NCBI GenBank assembly: GCA_951406725.2
Contig: OX597827.1
Coordinates: 38,874,001-38,938,000 of the forward strand
Direction: 5' to 3'
Length of the DNA: 64,000 bases
Source of the DNA: Octopus vulgaris
Taxonomy: Eukaryota
Part shown: positions 63,656 to 64,000 of the stretch, piece after piece
Numbering within the stretch: the first letter of the stretch is position 1
How the letters are laid out: every line of letters starts with the position of its first letter
Program-made: the position numbers and the translations under genes
Notes under the pieces: model-generated
Databases searched by the model: none
What the model saw: only the letters and a program-made list of their open reading frames with translations
Told to the model about the DNA's origin: nothing

Positions 63656-64000
63656 CAGTTAATATTCCAAGATGACCTGACACCAATTTCTATTAAAACA
63701 TAATTGGGCAACAGTGGAAATACCGCGAACAGTCTCTACGTAGTCGTTCGCTCTGCTAGAAGCAACAGCCACATTTCCGTCAAACCACACCATACCATAT
63801 TAGAAGATACCAAAATACATTGGTCATTGACTAACATGTTTGAAGAGTCGTCAAAATAACCAAGTGCCATAGTAGAGGCGAAACTAATAAGTTTCTAACT
63901 GGTTATATACCTTGAACAAAAATACACTATTCAACAATACAAAAGTATAACCACGTAAATTCTCTTTGAGAGTGTACTTATTTTTCCTACTTTATATATG

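Noticed and set aside
1-64000. CRISPR array or prokaryotic operon
   Set aside because: Eukaryotic repeat-rich DNA; no regularly spaced identical repeats with unique spacers and no long ORFs.

Overview
AT-rich (roughly 35% GC by eye), microsatellite- and SINE-dense eukaryotic DNA. The repeat families look like those of an octopus (coleoid cephalopod); this is recognition, not a database result. The only supportable protein-coding segment is the first coding exon of a LIM-domain-binding (LDB/Chip, LDB2-like N-terminus) gene on the minus strand (7137-7012, Kozak CCACCATG, donor GAG|GTAAGT). Its remaining exons lie left of the window. The rest is intronic or upstream sequence: several tRNA-derived SINE families, decayed RTE and CR1 LINEs, piggyBac-, hAT-, Mutator/foldback- and Helentron-type non-autonomous elements, and simple repeats. 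Nearly all ORFs in the supplied track are spurious. The most unusual signal is a set of minimal hammerhead-ribozyme folds in several apparently unrelated short repeats (best at 43086-43171 and 26019-26061, minus strand). One sits in a 479-bp palindrome of two head-to-head units, each a tRNA-like head plus a Penelope-type hammerhead tail (45914-46392). Also notable are a strong splice acceptor embedded in the LDB coding exon and a same-strand cluster of RFX-type half sites near 56.1-57.1 kb.
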